A stretch of DNA of 64,000 bases from Nitrospirota bacterium (GTDB lineage Bacteria; Nitrospirota; Thermodesulfovibrionia; Thermodesulfovibrionales; Dissulfurispiraceae). Shown one piece after another: positions 29,784-40,038 of this stretch. Positions within the stretch are counted from its first letter, which is position 1, and every line of letters begins with the position of its first letter. The translations under genes and the position numbers were made by a program. The stretch is taken from the NCBI GenBank assembly GCA_963790025.1, contig CAWBMP010000002.1, positions 544,001 through 608,000 on the forward strand, written 5' to 3'. Below the pieces are notes generated by a model. It did no database searches. It had not been told where the DNA came from and saw nothing but the letters and a program-made list of their open reading frames with translations.

Positions 29784-30867
29784 AGAGTATCACCCCGGCA
29801 GTTTTCATTTTACCCTGTCCCATTTTTATCCGTAAACGGAATTCCTCAACTTTACGCCCGATGCATATATTCAATAAATAGGCAAATAGAATCGACAACA
29901 TAATGCTTGCAAACACGAATAAATCCGTATCATTAATATGCAGCTTTTGAAATAATAGGCGGGCCGCCCATATGACAACATAATGCACTATGTAAATCGG
30001 ATAGCTCAACTCGCCGATTCTGTTATCAAAATCAAACCTGTTTTGAAATATGAACGCGAGCGGAAGCAGCAGCAGGAAAAGAGGGAACAATATCAGCGAT
30101 TGATACAGCTCTCGTAACGGCAATATCAGGGGGAAACCGGCAAAGACGACCAACAGAAATATACTGGCATAGACCGACAAATTGTTAATCATCCTGACAG
30201 TCATGAGTCTGCGATACAAAGGCAGAAGAAACTGGTGAGAGAGGGCCCCCAGAAGGAAAAGGGCCAACTCTGCCGGAATAAACCTGTAAGTCCATGTGTC
30301 AATTGTTCCGATGCCGCGCATGAACAAACCTGCCCTCACAATAAGGGAGAGAATCAGGAAGGCTAAAATATACCTGCGTCTCTTTAAAATAAAGGGGGCA
30401 ATTAAATAAAAGGTGAGCTCGACTTCGAGCGTCCAGGCAGGAGGAACTAGCATACCAGCAGACAGCAGACAATAAGGACCGAATACCAACACATTATTCG
30501 TAACACTAAAGAACTGGATCCAATCCTGGCCGAATAGAAATATATTTGACAGGACCATCAAAATGTCTGCGGAACGAGGCATTACTCTATAAAAAGCAAA
30601 AAAACGCGGATTTGCAATTGAATATGCAATTAACGTCGCAAAGGCTACGCAAAAGTAGATCGGGTAAAGCCTGAGACAGCGATTGATATAGAAGGTCTTT
30701 ATATTCGCATATGCCTTACGCTCTACCAGGACATAAGACATCAGGAAACCCGAAATCATATAGAAGAGTTGAACGGCGTGCATTCCTCCGACAGCAAACA
30801 GCCTCTCGCTGCCCGATGCATGTCCTACTAACACGGCAATCGCGAACAATGTCCTTAGTGAACCCAT
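29767..30867 (-). CDS. Acyltransferase-3 (OafA-like) membrane O-acyltransferase
   Basis: LRT..A..V...H, AVQLFYMISGF, RCLRLYP, WTLEVELTFY, GELSYPIYIVH; about 10 TMs. Confidence 0.88.
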   Translation of the reverse strand: MGSLRTLFAIAVLVGHASGSERLFAVGGMHAVQLFYMISGFLMSYVLVERKAYANIKTFYINRCLRLYPIYFCVAFATLIAYSIANPRFFAFYRVMPRSADILMVLSNIFLFGQDWIQFFSVTNNVLVFGPYCLLSAGMLVPPAWTLEVELTFYLIAPFILKRRRYILAFLILSLIVRAGLFMRGIGTIDTWTYRFIPAELALFLLGALSHQFLLPLYRRLMTVRMINNLSVYASIFLLVVFAGFPLILPLRELYQSLILFPLFLLLLPLAFIFQNRFDFDNRIGELSYPIYIVHYVVIWAARLLFQKLHINDTDLFVFASIMLSILFAYLLNICIGRKVEEFRLRIKMGQGKMKTAGVILFDERT

Positions 30868-30870
30868 TTT

Positions 30871-32166
30871 TCAGATATTCTCTGGATTGTAATCAGCAGC
30901 AATATTAATACCATGCGGGCGCTTATACTTGAAGCAAAGGACCACCGCGCTCAGCGCAACCATTTCGGAAACCACCAATGCAACCGCCATCCCTATATGC
31001 TTGTAAACAGGAGTCAGTATAAAAGCCAGGACCAGATTGACTATTCCTGCAAATATTACCACCCTGGAATATGCCTTATTCATATTGAATGCCAGCAATC
31101 CCAATGACGCTGCCAGACCACTGGAGCAAACAAGAAACGGCAGCAGTGAAAGAATTCTCAGAACTGCCACAGACCCGGGGTATTTAGGTCCCAAAAGTAT
31201 TCTTACAATATAAGGGGCAAGGACAAAAATCATCACCCCCAGAATAATTGTAAATCCGCCCATGCCCGCAAGGGCCTTATTAAAGATATTGACCGCCTTC
31301 TTCTCCGAGGTAACCGCCAACCTGCTTATATATGGATACATTGCTTGCGAAACAGGACTCAACATTGCAATAAAAGCTTTCACAATAGCATCTGCCGCCC
31401 TGTAATATCCCACAATAACATTGCTGCAAAACAATCCCAGGATAAAGACATTACTGGAAGTGTAAACAGTCCCCGCGAACAGTCCCAGAAAGACATGCCA
31501 GCCCTCTCTCAGTTCCGTGTAAACCGCCGCTTTCCGGGGAAGAGATATTACTATGCCGAAATTTCTAACAATCATCCACAGACTGATCGCGCCGACTATG
31601 ATTGTCCCAAGGGAATTCAAAAGAGGAACATAAAGATAGTCCGATTGTTCTCGCACAAAAATAAAGATGGTGACCAGATAAATGACCCTTGCAAATGTAT
31701 TGAGGACACTTATATGTTTCATTTTCTCCATGCCTTGGAAAAACCATGTGGGGAAAAAAACATTGCCCGGGACCATCAGGAAAGTTATAAGATAAAGTTC
31801 CCAGTTGGTCCTGAATTTGGAAAATATGATTACCATCAAAATAAAGACAGTGAAGCATGCAAGCATGAGAACAATCTTTATAAACATTATGGAGTTGAAA
31901 ACCTCGGCAAGTTCTTCTTTATGATCTCTGCTAACTGCCACCTTTCTCGGAGCGCTATGCACAAAGCCATAGTCTATTACAGTCACGAAGTAGAAAACAA
32001 AGGCCTGGGCAAAGGCGACCAACCCGTATTTCCCCGGGCCAAGGACACGCACCAGATACGGCAAAGTAAAAAGCGGCAGTATGCAGGTCACTCCCTGGAA
32101 AGCGGCCAATGAAAGAAAATTTTCGATTACCCGCTTTGCCTCCTGCGATAATGATTTGATAACCAT
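30871..32166 (-). CDS. wzx: Wzx-type polysaccharide repeat-unit flippase
   Basis: LFTLPYLVRVLG...YG, DYGF, WFFQGMEKM, VGYY.AA, QAMYPYIS; about 12 TMs. Start MVIK at 32166 (TGATG overlap). Confidence 0.88.
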   Translation of the reverse strand: MVIKSLSQEAKRVIENFLSLAAFQGVTCILPLFTLPYLVRVLGPGKYGLVAFAQAFVFYFVTVIDYGFVHSAPRKVAVSRDHKEELAEVFNSIMFIKIVLMLACFTVFILMVIIFSKFRTNWELYLITFLMVPGNVFFPTWFFQGMEKMKHISVLNTFARVIYLVTIFIFVREQSDYLYVPLLNSLGTIIVGAISLWMIVRNFGIVISLPRKAAVYTELREGWHVFLGLFAGTVYTSSNVFILGLFCSNVIVGYYRAADAIVKAFIAMLSPVSQAMYPYISRLAVTSEKKAVNIFNKALAGMGGFTIILGVMIFVLAPYIVRILLGPKYPGSVAVLRILSLLPFLVCSSGLAASLGLLAFNMNKAYSRVVIFAGIVNLVLAFILTPVYKHIGMAVALVVSEMVALSAVVLCFKYKRPHGINIAADYNPENI

Positions 32167-33551
32167 CAGTTCTCCAGGACCCTGTTTTCGGCAGTGGCAG
32201 ACCGGTCTGTTTGTCTCCACCTGGTGAAGTCCTGAATTGCGGACGTAAAACCAATACTCACTATGGTCATATAGAAGCAGTAGCGAAACCGGTTAAGTGT
32301 GCCTATATTGGGGTAGGTATAGGCGAATACAAGCACTCCGCATATGCTGTACAGGACCACCAGCCAGAAACTGCGATTTTTCCGGCAGATCAGCAAGCTC
32401 CGCACAAAAAAAGCAATACAGATATAAAAAAACATGGTAAGAATTCCCAGGACGGCCCTTCCGGCCGTAGTTGCCGGCGTAGTACCCGGCGAAAACCACA
32501 TTGACGGGAAAGGGCTCAGGAAACCGACCTCGAGCGCGCGGGGCAAATACAGGAGATAATCTTCTGATGACTCAAAATTGACCTCCGGGTCAATCACCGA
32601 GCCTCCGCCAGTAGCAGACACGCCCCATCTGACTTGCGCCAATATATATAATTTTGATTCGATATACCTGGGCATAATAGAACTGAAGCGCCACTCGATC
32701 TCATGCTGTTGTCCCTTTTTGGCTATCATTTCCGCCGCTTCATCCCACTGCCGAACAGTGCCTTCGGCGAACTTATCCAAAAGTGCGGTCTGCGTCACCA
32801 GCATAATACAGAGCAGTAAAACTGCTGCAATATGATAGATTACCCTTGATGAACGCCTGTGCAGTGAAACGATCATATGAAAAAAAATCACCGCGATCAA
32901 AACCGCACACACGACCGCCACAACCTGTCCCCAGTAATTACGCGACGCCCAGATCAATGTGGTCCCTGGTACGAAAGCAAGCCCCGCGCATATGAAAAAG
33001 CGCCATTTCTCTTCTTTAATGCCTTTCATAATCAAAAGCCATGCGCTGAGGACCAACAGATTGCCGAGAATAAATGTTCCGTCCCTGTGGATCTGCGACG
33101 CCCACTCCAGGGATGCCGGGTTGAGAACAAACAGCGCAGCCCCGCCAAAAGCCGCTGTCCGGTCAAAATGAAGAAAAGAAGAAAGAATGAAGAAAACCAC
33201 GCATCCTGCGGTGGCATGCAAGACCGCGTTGGCAGGAATCATGGAAAAGGGTTCAGGATACCACAGATAATAAAAAATTGACGCCAGACCGGCAGGGTAA
33301 CCTTTTGGTCCCGGGCTGAGTTGCCAGGCACTCCACCCATATTTCATCATGTCCGATGCCTGTTGCAGCGCCACCCTGTGGAATTTCGCTGAATCCTGGA
33401 CAAACAGGCCGTGCCCATAATTCATCCTTGTCAGAAAATGCGGCAGCAGCACCAGTTGTATTATAGCGGCCACCGCGGCAGTATACACGAAAAAGAAAAG
33501 CCACATGCCCCACCATGTTGTCATCCATTTTTCGACTTGCTTTAAATTCAT
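32166..33551 (-). CDS. Polytopic membrane protein, ~455-aa family copy 3 (Wzy/GT-C-like)
   Basis: WWGMWL, QDSAKFH loop, LEWASQIHRDGTFILGN, YLPRALEVGFLSPFPS, NIGTLNRFR. Strongly similar to 33548-34918 and 40039-41397. Confidence 0.7.
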   Translation of the reverse strand: MNLKQVEKWMTTWWGMWLFFFVYTAAVAAIIQLVLLPHFLTRMNYGHGLFVQDSAKFHRVALQQASDMMKYGWSAWQLSPGPKGYPAGLASIFYYLWYPEPFSMIPANAVLHATAGCVVFFILSSFLHFDRTAAFGGAALFVLNPASLEWASQIHRDGTFILGNLLVLSAWLLIMKGIKEEKWRFFICAGLAFVPGTTLIWASRNYWGQVVAVVCAVLIAVIFFHMIVSLHRRSSRVIYHIAAVLLLCIMLVTQTALLDKFAEGTVRQWDEAAEMIAKKGQQHEIEWRFSSIMPRYIESKLYILAQVRWGVSATGGGSVIDPEVNFESSEDYLLYLPRALEVGFLSPFPSMWFSPGTTPATTAGRAVLGILTMFFYICIAFFVRSLLICRKNRSFWLVVLYSICGVLVFAYTYPNIGTLNRFRYCFYMTIVSIGFTSAIQDFTRWRQTDRSATAENRVLEN

Positions 33552-34918
33552 ACGATGTCCCGCCGTCGACTCTCCCTTGACTTCATGAATCTTTCAGTCA
33601 TGACTGCAAAGCCTGCGCTCACAATGGTCATATAAAAACAGTATCGCAATCGGTTAAGAACTCCGACATTGGGATAGGTATAGGTGAACACAAGCACTCC
33701 GAAAATACTATAAAGGACGACAAGCCAGAAATTACGGTTTTTCCAGTACATCCGGAGACTGCGGACAAAAAAAGCAATACAGATATAAAAAAACATGGTA
33801 AGAATTCCGAGAACAACTCTTCCGGCAGTCGTTCCCGCTGTCTTGCCCGGTGAAAAGCACATCGAGGGAAAGGGGCTCAGGAACCCCACCTCCAGCGAGC
33901 GGGGTAAATACAGGAGAAAATCGTTTGAAGACTCAAACTCGACCTCCGGGTCAATAAGCGAGCCTCCGCCCATAGTAGCCGCAGCCCATCTGACTTGCGC
34001 CAATATGTACAATTTTGATTCGATATACCTGGGAATAAAAGGACTGAATCGCCACTCGATCTCATGCTGCTTTCCTTTCTGGGCCATCATAGCCACAGCG
34101 TCATCCCACGCCTGAATGACCGGCGGGGCGAACTCCACCTTATTTTTCTCAGCAAGGACTATCTGCATCACCAGCATAAAGCTGACAACTAAAACCGCGG
34201 CCACATGATGAATCTTCTTTGATGCATCCTTGCCCAGGGAGACGATGAGCTGAAAAAAAATCACTGCTGTTAAACAGGCGCATGCAACTTCCACAACCTG
34301 ACCCCAGTAAGGGCGTACCACAGACATCAATGAGGCCCCGATAAAAAAAATGAACACGGAATAAATGAACTTCCGCCATTTCTCTTCGTCAATGCCTTTC
34401 AGGACAAGAAGCCATGCGCTGAGGACCAACAGATTGCCGAGAATAAATGTTCCATCCCTGTGGATCTGTGATGTCCACTCAAGGGACGCCGGGTTAAGGA
34501 CAAACAGAGCAGCGCCGCCAAAAGCTGCAATCCGGTCCTGAACAAAAGAAAAAAGAAGGAAAAAAACGAGACATCCAGCAGTGGCATGAAGGACCGCGTT
34601 AAAAGGAATAAGAGAAATGGGTTCCGGGTACCACAGATAGTAAAATATTGAAGCGATACCAGCCGGGTAAAAGTTATTAGGGCGAAGCTGCCATGCCTTC
34701 CATCCATATTTCATCATAGCCGCTGCCTGTTGTTTCGCCACCTGATGGAAACCGGTCGAATCCGGGACGAAAAGGCCGTGCCCGTAGTGCATACCTGGAA
34801 GTAAAAACGGGAGCAGGACCAGTTGCACAAAGGCGCCCGCTGCGGCAGTATACAGAAAAAATACAAGCCACATGCCCCACCATTTAGTGATCCACTTATT
34901 ACTTTGTTTTATATTCAT
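33548..34918 (-). CDS. Polytopic membrane protein, ~455-aa family copy 2 (Wzy/GT-C-like)
   Basis: Same motifs (PDSTGFH, SQIHRDG, NVGVLNRLR). Tandem with copy 3 through an ATGA overlap. Confidence 0.7.
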   Translation of the reverse strand: MNIKQSNKWITKWWGMWLVFFLYTAAAGAFVQLVLLPFLLPGMHYGHGLFVPDSTGFHQVAKQQAAAMMKYGWKAWQLRPNNFYPAGIASIFYYLWYPEPISLIPFNAVLHATAGCLVFFLLFSFVQDRIAAFGGAALFVLNPASLEWTSQIHRDGTFILGNLLVLSAWLLVLKGIDEEKWRKFIYSVFIFFIGASLMSVVRPYWGQVVEVACACLTAVIFFQLIVSLGKDASKKIHHVAAVLVVSFMLVMQIVLAEKNKVEFAPPVIQAWDDAVAMMAQKGKQHEIEWRFSPFIPRYIESKLYILAQVRWAAATMGGGSLIDPEVEFESSNDFLLYLPRSLEVGFLSPFPSMCFSPGKTAGTTAGRVVLGILTMFFYICIAFFVRSLRMYWKNRNFWLVVLYSIFGVLVFTYTYPNVGVLNRLRYCFYMTIVSAGFAVMTERFMKSRESRRRDIV

Positions 34919-34960
34919 CCAATGTCCCTATTGAAGAAAATCAACATTATAACCTCAGAC

Positions 34961-36490
34961 TCAGGCAGAAACTTTCAGTATCTTCAGGAATTTCCGGAAA
35001 AACCTGAGTATCCGGAACCATTCTCCCCTTTGCACATCACTTATGCCTCTTTGCGCCAGATATACGATTTTCTTCAAGCTGAAAGGAATAATGAATGCTC
35101 TCAGAGAAAAATATAATGGCCAGTGCAGACGCAACAGTCTTATGTTTTTGTTCGTCAGCGCCCGCATAACCTTTGGAGATATCCTCAGCCCATATGAAGC
35201 ATAATCACTAATAAGGAAGAAAAGGCCGTTCAAATAAGTCTTTTTTGGATAAGACAATTCCTTGAGATAGACGTCTTTTATATCGTCAGTTATCACGCCT
35301 TCTGCTTTGGCTTTCTCATATAACTCCGTACCCGGATAAAAAACGAGGGAGAATATCTGCAATCGATATGGAGGCGGTAATCTTGACAGGAGCATCAGTG
35401 TGTCTGTCAAATCTTCATCGTTCTCCCATGGATTGTCCAGAATAATATCGTAATGCGGCAATTTAATCTTATCCCTGAACTCGTTAATTACATTAACCGC
35501 CTTTTCTACCTGCTCGTTGGGGTATTTTCGGCCATACAATTTTTTTGTTCTCTCGCTGCCCGACTGTATGCCCATTCTCATCAAGAACAGGCCTGCATCA
35601 ACGAGCAGCGCCAGCTTCTCTCTGTTGACCGTAGTGGGCGCGGCCCCGCCTATTATGAGGGGGAGCCCAAGCTTCTTGAATTCCGTGCAAAATTCTCTGA
35701 TTTCTTCAACGGAAAAGCTGAAAAAGGCGTCATCCTCAAACTTTATACAATTTATAAAAGGCAAACGTGCCTTGATCTCCGCCAGTTCCTTTACGATGTG
35801 ATTGACGCTTCTTTTTCTTATCTGCTTCTGTCCAGGGTGCATCTTGTTCAGCCTATTGTTGCAGCAATACGTGCATCCGAAAGGGCAACCCCTTGTCGGC
35901 AATGTCATATATATTTCGCCGTTATGCTCGCGCAGTAATTTAATATCCAACCCTTCAATGCGGCCGTTACTCAACATGTAATGGGTGCTGGTATCGTAAT
36001 CCTGAAATGGTATCCCCTCCAATGACTGCAAGGGGCGGAGAGGGTTGGTGATAATGGCGCCTTGATTCTTAAACCACATGCTCCGGACATCATGATACGG
36101 CTCCCCCTTCTCCATCTTGTTCAGCAGCTCCACAATGGCTTCTTCACCTTCGCCGATGCAAACCATGTCCGCGTAATCGAGGCTTTCCTCCGGTCGTACA
36201 GTTGGATGAATGCCTCCCCACAGTACCGGAATGTCAAGCGCGGCTTTCAGCTTCCCGGTGATTTGGACAACATTGCAAAAATAATTAGTCATCAGCGAAA
36301 TACCTATCAAATCCGCTCCCCTGCAAAACTCCACGACGTCATTGAGGGCCTCATCCTCGTATAGCTCGGTAAATTTTCCTGGAAGAAAAAGAACTCTCAC
36401 ATCATGTCTTTCACGCTTGAGACATGCAGAGATGGTTCTTATGCCGAATGCCTGAAGATCCAAATACGGCGATATCAGAATTACTTTCAT
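34961..36490 (-). CDS. Cobalamin-binding radical SAM enzyme
   Basis: B12-binding N-terminus (IGIS, WGGIHPT, CIGEGE), RGCPFGCTYC, EDDAF, MGIQSGS, YPGTELY. Confidence 0.9.
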   Translation of the reverse strand: MKVILISPYLDLQAFGIRTISACLKRERHDVRVLFLPGKFTELYEDEALNDVVEFCRGADLIGISLMTNYFCNVVQITGKLKAALDIPVLWGGIHPTVRPEESLDYADMVCIGEGEEAIVELLNKMEKGEPYHDVRSMWFKNQGAIITNPLRPLQSLEGIPFQDYDTSTHYMLSNGRIEGLDIKLLREHNGEIYMTLPTRGCPFGCTYCCNNRLNKMHPGQKQIRKRSVNHIVKELAEIKARLPFINCIKFEDDAFFSFSVEEIREFCTEFKKLGLPLIIGGAAPTTVNREKLALLVDAGLFLMRMGIQSGSERTKKLYGRKYPNEQVEKAVNVINEFRDKIKLPHYDIILDNPWENDEDLTDTLMLLSRLPPPYRLQIFSLVFYPGTELYEKAKAEGVITDDIKDVYLKELSYPKKTYLNGLFFLISDYASYGLRISPKVMRALTNKNIRLLRLHWPLYFSLRAFIIPFSLKKIVYLAQRGISDVQRGEWFRILRFFRKFLKILKVSA

Positions 36491-36714
36491 CGAATTGCCC
36501 CTTTTTCACGTTGTTCATGCCTTCGAAGCCTTGAAATAAGCTTTAAAATGGCTGTTATTTTATCTTTGCTATCTTTATTTTTGACTGGAATTTCACCTTT
36601 ACGCTGAAGCTTATGTTCAAAAATATAGGCAAAAGTCATCGACAATATAACGCCCATACGCATTAATGAAGTGATACCGTCATCTTTTAAGAAGTCTTTA
36701 ACGATGTTCGTCAA
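36487..36714 (-). CDS. Small hypothetical protein (75 aa) or gene remnant
   Basis: Exactly fills the gap between its neighbours, with 4-nt overlaps at both ends (TTG start). Confidence 0.4.
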   Translation of the reverse strand: MTNIVKDFLKDDGITSLMRMGVILSMTFAYIFEHKLQRKGEIPVKNKDSKDKITAILKLISRLRRHEQREKGAIR

Positions 36715-38252
36715 TATTTACCGTATACACTATATTTTTTTCTCGATGCCTCGTGTGCCTGTCCCAGCAGGTAAGGCATCGATGGATTGGGCTGAACGAC
36801 CATAACTATCTGATAAGAGAAAAACGACTTACTCAGAAGGATCAATAACCGGTTCACCTCCAGCAGAAAACGGCTGATGATGTTATCACCGAACATGCCG
36901 GGGAACGGCGCCGGCACGCCATACTGTCGTATGATCTTGAACCCGCCCTGTTCAAAGAGCTTGCCGAATGTTGAGAATGTGAACAAACGTGTGTGCTTGA
37001 TATCGAGGATGCCGCGCTTGGCATAGTGAAACTTGCCAAGGAGCAGCATAAATCTGGTGACAAGAAAAGCCACGTTGCCTGTAGACACAATCAATCGTGT
37101 GTGGGGGGCATATGCCGCTGCCCCGCGCATCCTGTCGATAAAACCTTCCGGATAGAGCAAATGTTCTATAATATCAAGCATTACGATATAATCGAAATCC
37201 TCCAGTTTCACCGGCAGGTCAGCAACATTCAGGTCCTGCTGATAGAAGGCATCCAGTTCTGCGCCTTCGGGAAGAGGAGCGATATCAATTCCGGCAACAT
37301 AGCATCCTTTCTTTCTCATTTCGACTCCCATATGCCCTCCGCTGCAGCCGACGTCGAGGACCCTCTTGCCGGGTTCAATAATCGAAAGGGTAATCGTCGA
37401 CGGACTGAGGTAGTTCAGCTTTGGTCCGTAATGAATATTTGAATGTCCGGTTGAGCGGCAGTCAAATTTACGGTCGTAGCCCAAACTAAAATCCATTGCC
37501 CTCGCCTTCAAGGTCGTCCAAAATACGTTCCATGCATACTTAAAACCATTGACATAGCAGATTTCTCCGCCGTAGTATGTCGGGATCGGCAGTTCCCGAA
37601 TTCGTAAGCCCGCAAAAAGAAATTGTATAATGATCTCCGTATCGAAATGGAAATCGTTAGTGTTGAGTTCAAAGGGAATCCTTTTCAGCCCGTCTACCGA
37701 ATAGAGTCGGTAACCGGAATGGAACTCGCTCAGCTTTGTACCAAGCAACCGGTTCTGAAGCCAGGTCAAAATCTTGTTGCCGAAATATTTATACATCGGC
37801 ATGCCCCCCTTCAGGGCGTCAGCCGCTACAGACATGCGCGACCCAAATACCATATCGGCACTTCCTTCGGCTAAAGGCTTCAGCAATTCAGGCAGACATT
37901 CAGGAGCATATTGCCCATCGCCGTGGACCAGGGCTACAAAATCGAATCCCTGCTCAATGGCAAAATGAAATCCTATTTTCTGGTTGCCCCCGTAACCCAG
38001 GTTGTCCGGGTTAAAAAAAACGTGCAATTTAAATGGAATGTCCGCAGGACGGTTGATATTGATAGCATGCTTAAAGGTATCATCCTGTGACGAATCATCT
38101 ATTATGAGGACTTCCGTATCATAGTCATCAACAAGCAAATGGGGAATCCGGCCCACCACGGACTGGATAGTTTTAGCAGCGTTGTAAGCAACGATAAAAA
38201 CAAGCAATCGCTTTTTTTGCATATTTAATGGCAGATCAGGCATCTCACACAC
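36711..38252 (-). CDS. Bifunctional Dol-P-Man-synthase-like GT2 + class I methyltransferase
   Basis: N-half: IVAYN, IDDSSQD, NLGYGGNQK, HGDGQY, SEFHSGYR, FHFDTEI. C-half: VLDVGCSGG, LDIIEH, GILD..H.RLFT. Confidence 0.88.
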   Translation of the reverse strand: MCEMPDLPLNMQKKRLLVFIVAYNAAKTIQSVVGRIPHLLVDDYDTEVLIIDDSSQDDTFKHAININRPADIPFKLHVFFNPDNLGYGGNQKIGFHFAIEQGFDFVALVHGDGQYAPECLPELLKPLAEGSADMVFGSRMSVAADALKGGMPMYKYFGNKILTWLQNRLLGTKLSEFHSGYRLYSVDGLKRIPFELNTNDFHFDTEIIIQFLFAGLRIRELPIPTYYGGEICYVNGFKYAWNVFWTTLKARAMDFSLGYDRKFDCRSTGHSNIHYGPKLNYLSPSTITLSIIEPGKRVLDVGCSGGHMGVEMRKKGCYVAGIDIAPLPEGAELDAFYQQDLNVADLPVKLEDFDYIVMLDIIEHLLYPEGFIDRMRGAAAYAPHTRLIVSTGNVAFLVTRFMLLLGKFHYAKRGILDIKHTRLFTFSTFGKLFEQGGFKIIRQYGVPAPFPGMFGDNIISRFLLEVNRLLILLSKSFFSYQIVMVVQPNPSMPYLLGQAHEASRKKYSVYGKY

Positions 38253-39963
38253 GTTTCGGCATTCGCCATGAGTTTATATAATCCCGCAGGGCATTTCTTA
38301 TTCTCTCCCTAAGGATCAGCGGATGATAGTTGATTTTATTATCTTCGCTATATTTAAGTGTCCTGTAAAAGTCCGCCTTATCCCGGATCTTTTCAATCCT
38401 CGACTTGCCGCTCCCCTCACGGTACTCATAGTACCAGAGGTTTTCATTTTCAATCGACGAAGCTATATTTTTTATATTCTGGGCCGGGTAGTAGGAACCA
38501 TCCGTAACAGTACGCCAGCAAAACGGGAAAGAGCGTACTTCCTTTTCCAATCCAAACATTTTCATTCCAAAACTGAAGTCCCACGTAGTGAAAAATACCC
38601 CTTCGTTATTATAATTATTCAAGGTAAAGAAGGGGACATTTGCAATAACAAAGGGTTTCTTGCCTAGTTCCGTGCTGTCGAGTTTTTTGGCAATGTCCGT
38701 TAAAACATGTTTCTTTATGTCCCACGCACGCGAAAAGTTGTTAGCCTGTATGATAAAAGATGAAATCCACAACACGGCAACGACTGCGGCTAATACTATT
38801 TTCCAGGAGTCCAACGCTTTCCCTAATGCCCATGCCAGCAGGATGCTCGAAAGCAGGAATGCCGGGTGCATCATCTTGTTGTAGTATCCAAAGGTCACTG
38901 CCGGATAACTGGAAAGGAAAAAGATACTTGAGCATGCAAGCAGCGTAAAGAAAACAAGAGCAATAAACTGTCTCTCGATGAATGCTTTTGCTTCCCCGGC
39001 CCTCGCCATTGGCCCTCTCAAATGAATAAGGAATAAGACGATCAACAGGGACGCTGCGATTATCTGCCATCTGAAAAGCATCGGCACCGCCTCAATTAAC
39101 AGCATCGGAACCTCAATGAAAATCGTAAAAACAAAGTAACATGCCTGCAGGAGCGACTTCATGTTGATAGGCGCCAAACCATACGTATATGACGTGTCTG
39201 CGATATACAGTTTCGTAATATACACTTTGAAAATATAAAATGCAAAGGACAGCGCGACGACCGGCGCCGCATACATTGCGATCGTTTTGAGAAAGTCACG
39301 GGCTTTATCACTCAACCGGTAACGGCAAAGTATCGGGAATACCGCGCTGATCAAAAGCAGGGGCAATATCACCTCAAGTGTCAACAACCCGCATGCCAAC
39401 AATATGTATGCCGATATATAATTATGCATCTTGCCCGTAATGGCATGTTTATACAGGAAAACGAGGGACAATGCCCAAAACGCTATTGCCAGGTTATTGT
39501 CTATCGAATTAAAAAAAGCGAACACATCTGCCGACGAAAATAGCGGAAACGAGCCCAACAGGATGAAAAACCATGCTGTTTTCTCGTCAATCACAATTTT
39601 GATCAACTTAAAAAGTGAACACATGGCCAGCAGCCATATGAGCAGCTGGGTAATGATATAATATGCCGGTACGTTCCTGTAAAGATATAACTCGGCAACA
39701 CGAAATAGAGATGACATCGGTCTCGACGCACTTCCCTCGCTGACCAGTATGCCCTTCAGGAAGGGGACCAAATCAGATACGTGTGTTGTCGATCCCACTA
39801 TTGCCAGGTCGTCGCCCACTCCGAATCCGCCACACATCACGTATGGGACGTACACAACCGATAGCAACAACAAGTATATCAACACCAAAGCGGTTGTCCG
39901 GTGTCTCATGGAAAACGACAATGTACTCATGGCAGGCTGCCGCCAATGAAAAACATTATGCAA
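38245..39963 (-). CDS. Polytopic membrane protein, GT-C/GtrII-like glycosyltransferase
   Basis: First loop has GDD followed by RP, a TLE motif, about 12 TMs and a soluble C-terminal domain. Directly upstream of a polyprenyl-P GT2. The start codon is uncertain. Confidence 0.6.
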   Translation of the reverse strand: MHNVFHWRQPAMSTLSFSMRHRTTALVLIYLLLLSVVYVPYVMCGGFGVGDDLAIVGSTTHVSDLVPFLKGILVSEGSASRPMSSLFRVAELYLYRNVPAYYIITQLLIWLLAMCSLFKLIKIVIDEKTAWFFILLGSFPLFSSADVFAFFNSIDNNLAIAFWALSLVFLYKHAITGKMHNYISAYILLACGLLTLEVILPLLLISAVFPILCRYRLSDKARDFLKTIAMYAAPVVALSFAFYIFKVYITKLYIADTSYTYGLAPINMKSLLQACYFVFTIFIEVPMLLIEAVPMLFRWQIIAASLLIVLFLIHLRGPMARAGEAKAFIERQFIALVFFTLLACSSIFFLSSYPAVTFGYYNKMMHPAFLLSSILLAWALGKALDSWKIVLAAVVAVLWISSFIIQANNFSRAWDIKKHVLTDIAKKLDSTELGKKPFVIANVPFFTLNNYNNEGVFFTTWDFSFGMKMFGLEKEVRSFPFCWRTVTDGSYYPAQNIKNIASSIENENLWYYEYREGSGKSRIEKIRDKADFYRTLKYSEDNKINYHPLILRERIRNALRDYINSWRMPKRV

Positions 39964-40038
39964 GCATTGTCGGGTCTTTTCTGTAAATTTGTAACCAGGT
40001 CGTTATTCTCCCAGCTTTCCATTATCCCGGCCGCAAAC

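Noticed and set aside
34935..34960. TATAAT on the minus strand upstream of membrane-protein copy 2
   Set aside because: No convincing -35 or extended -10 at proper spacing, and the gap is short and AT-rich.
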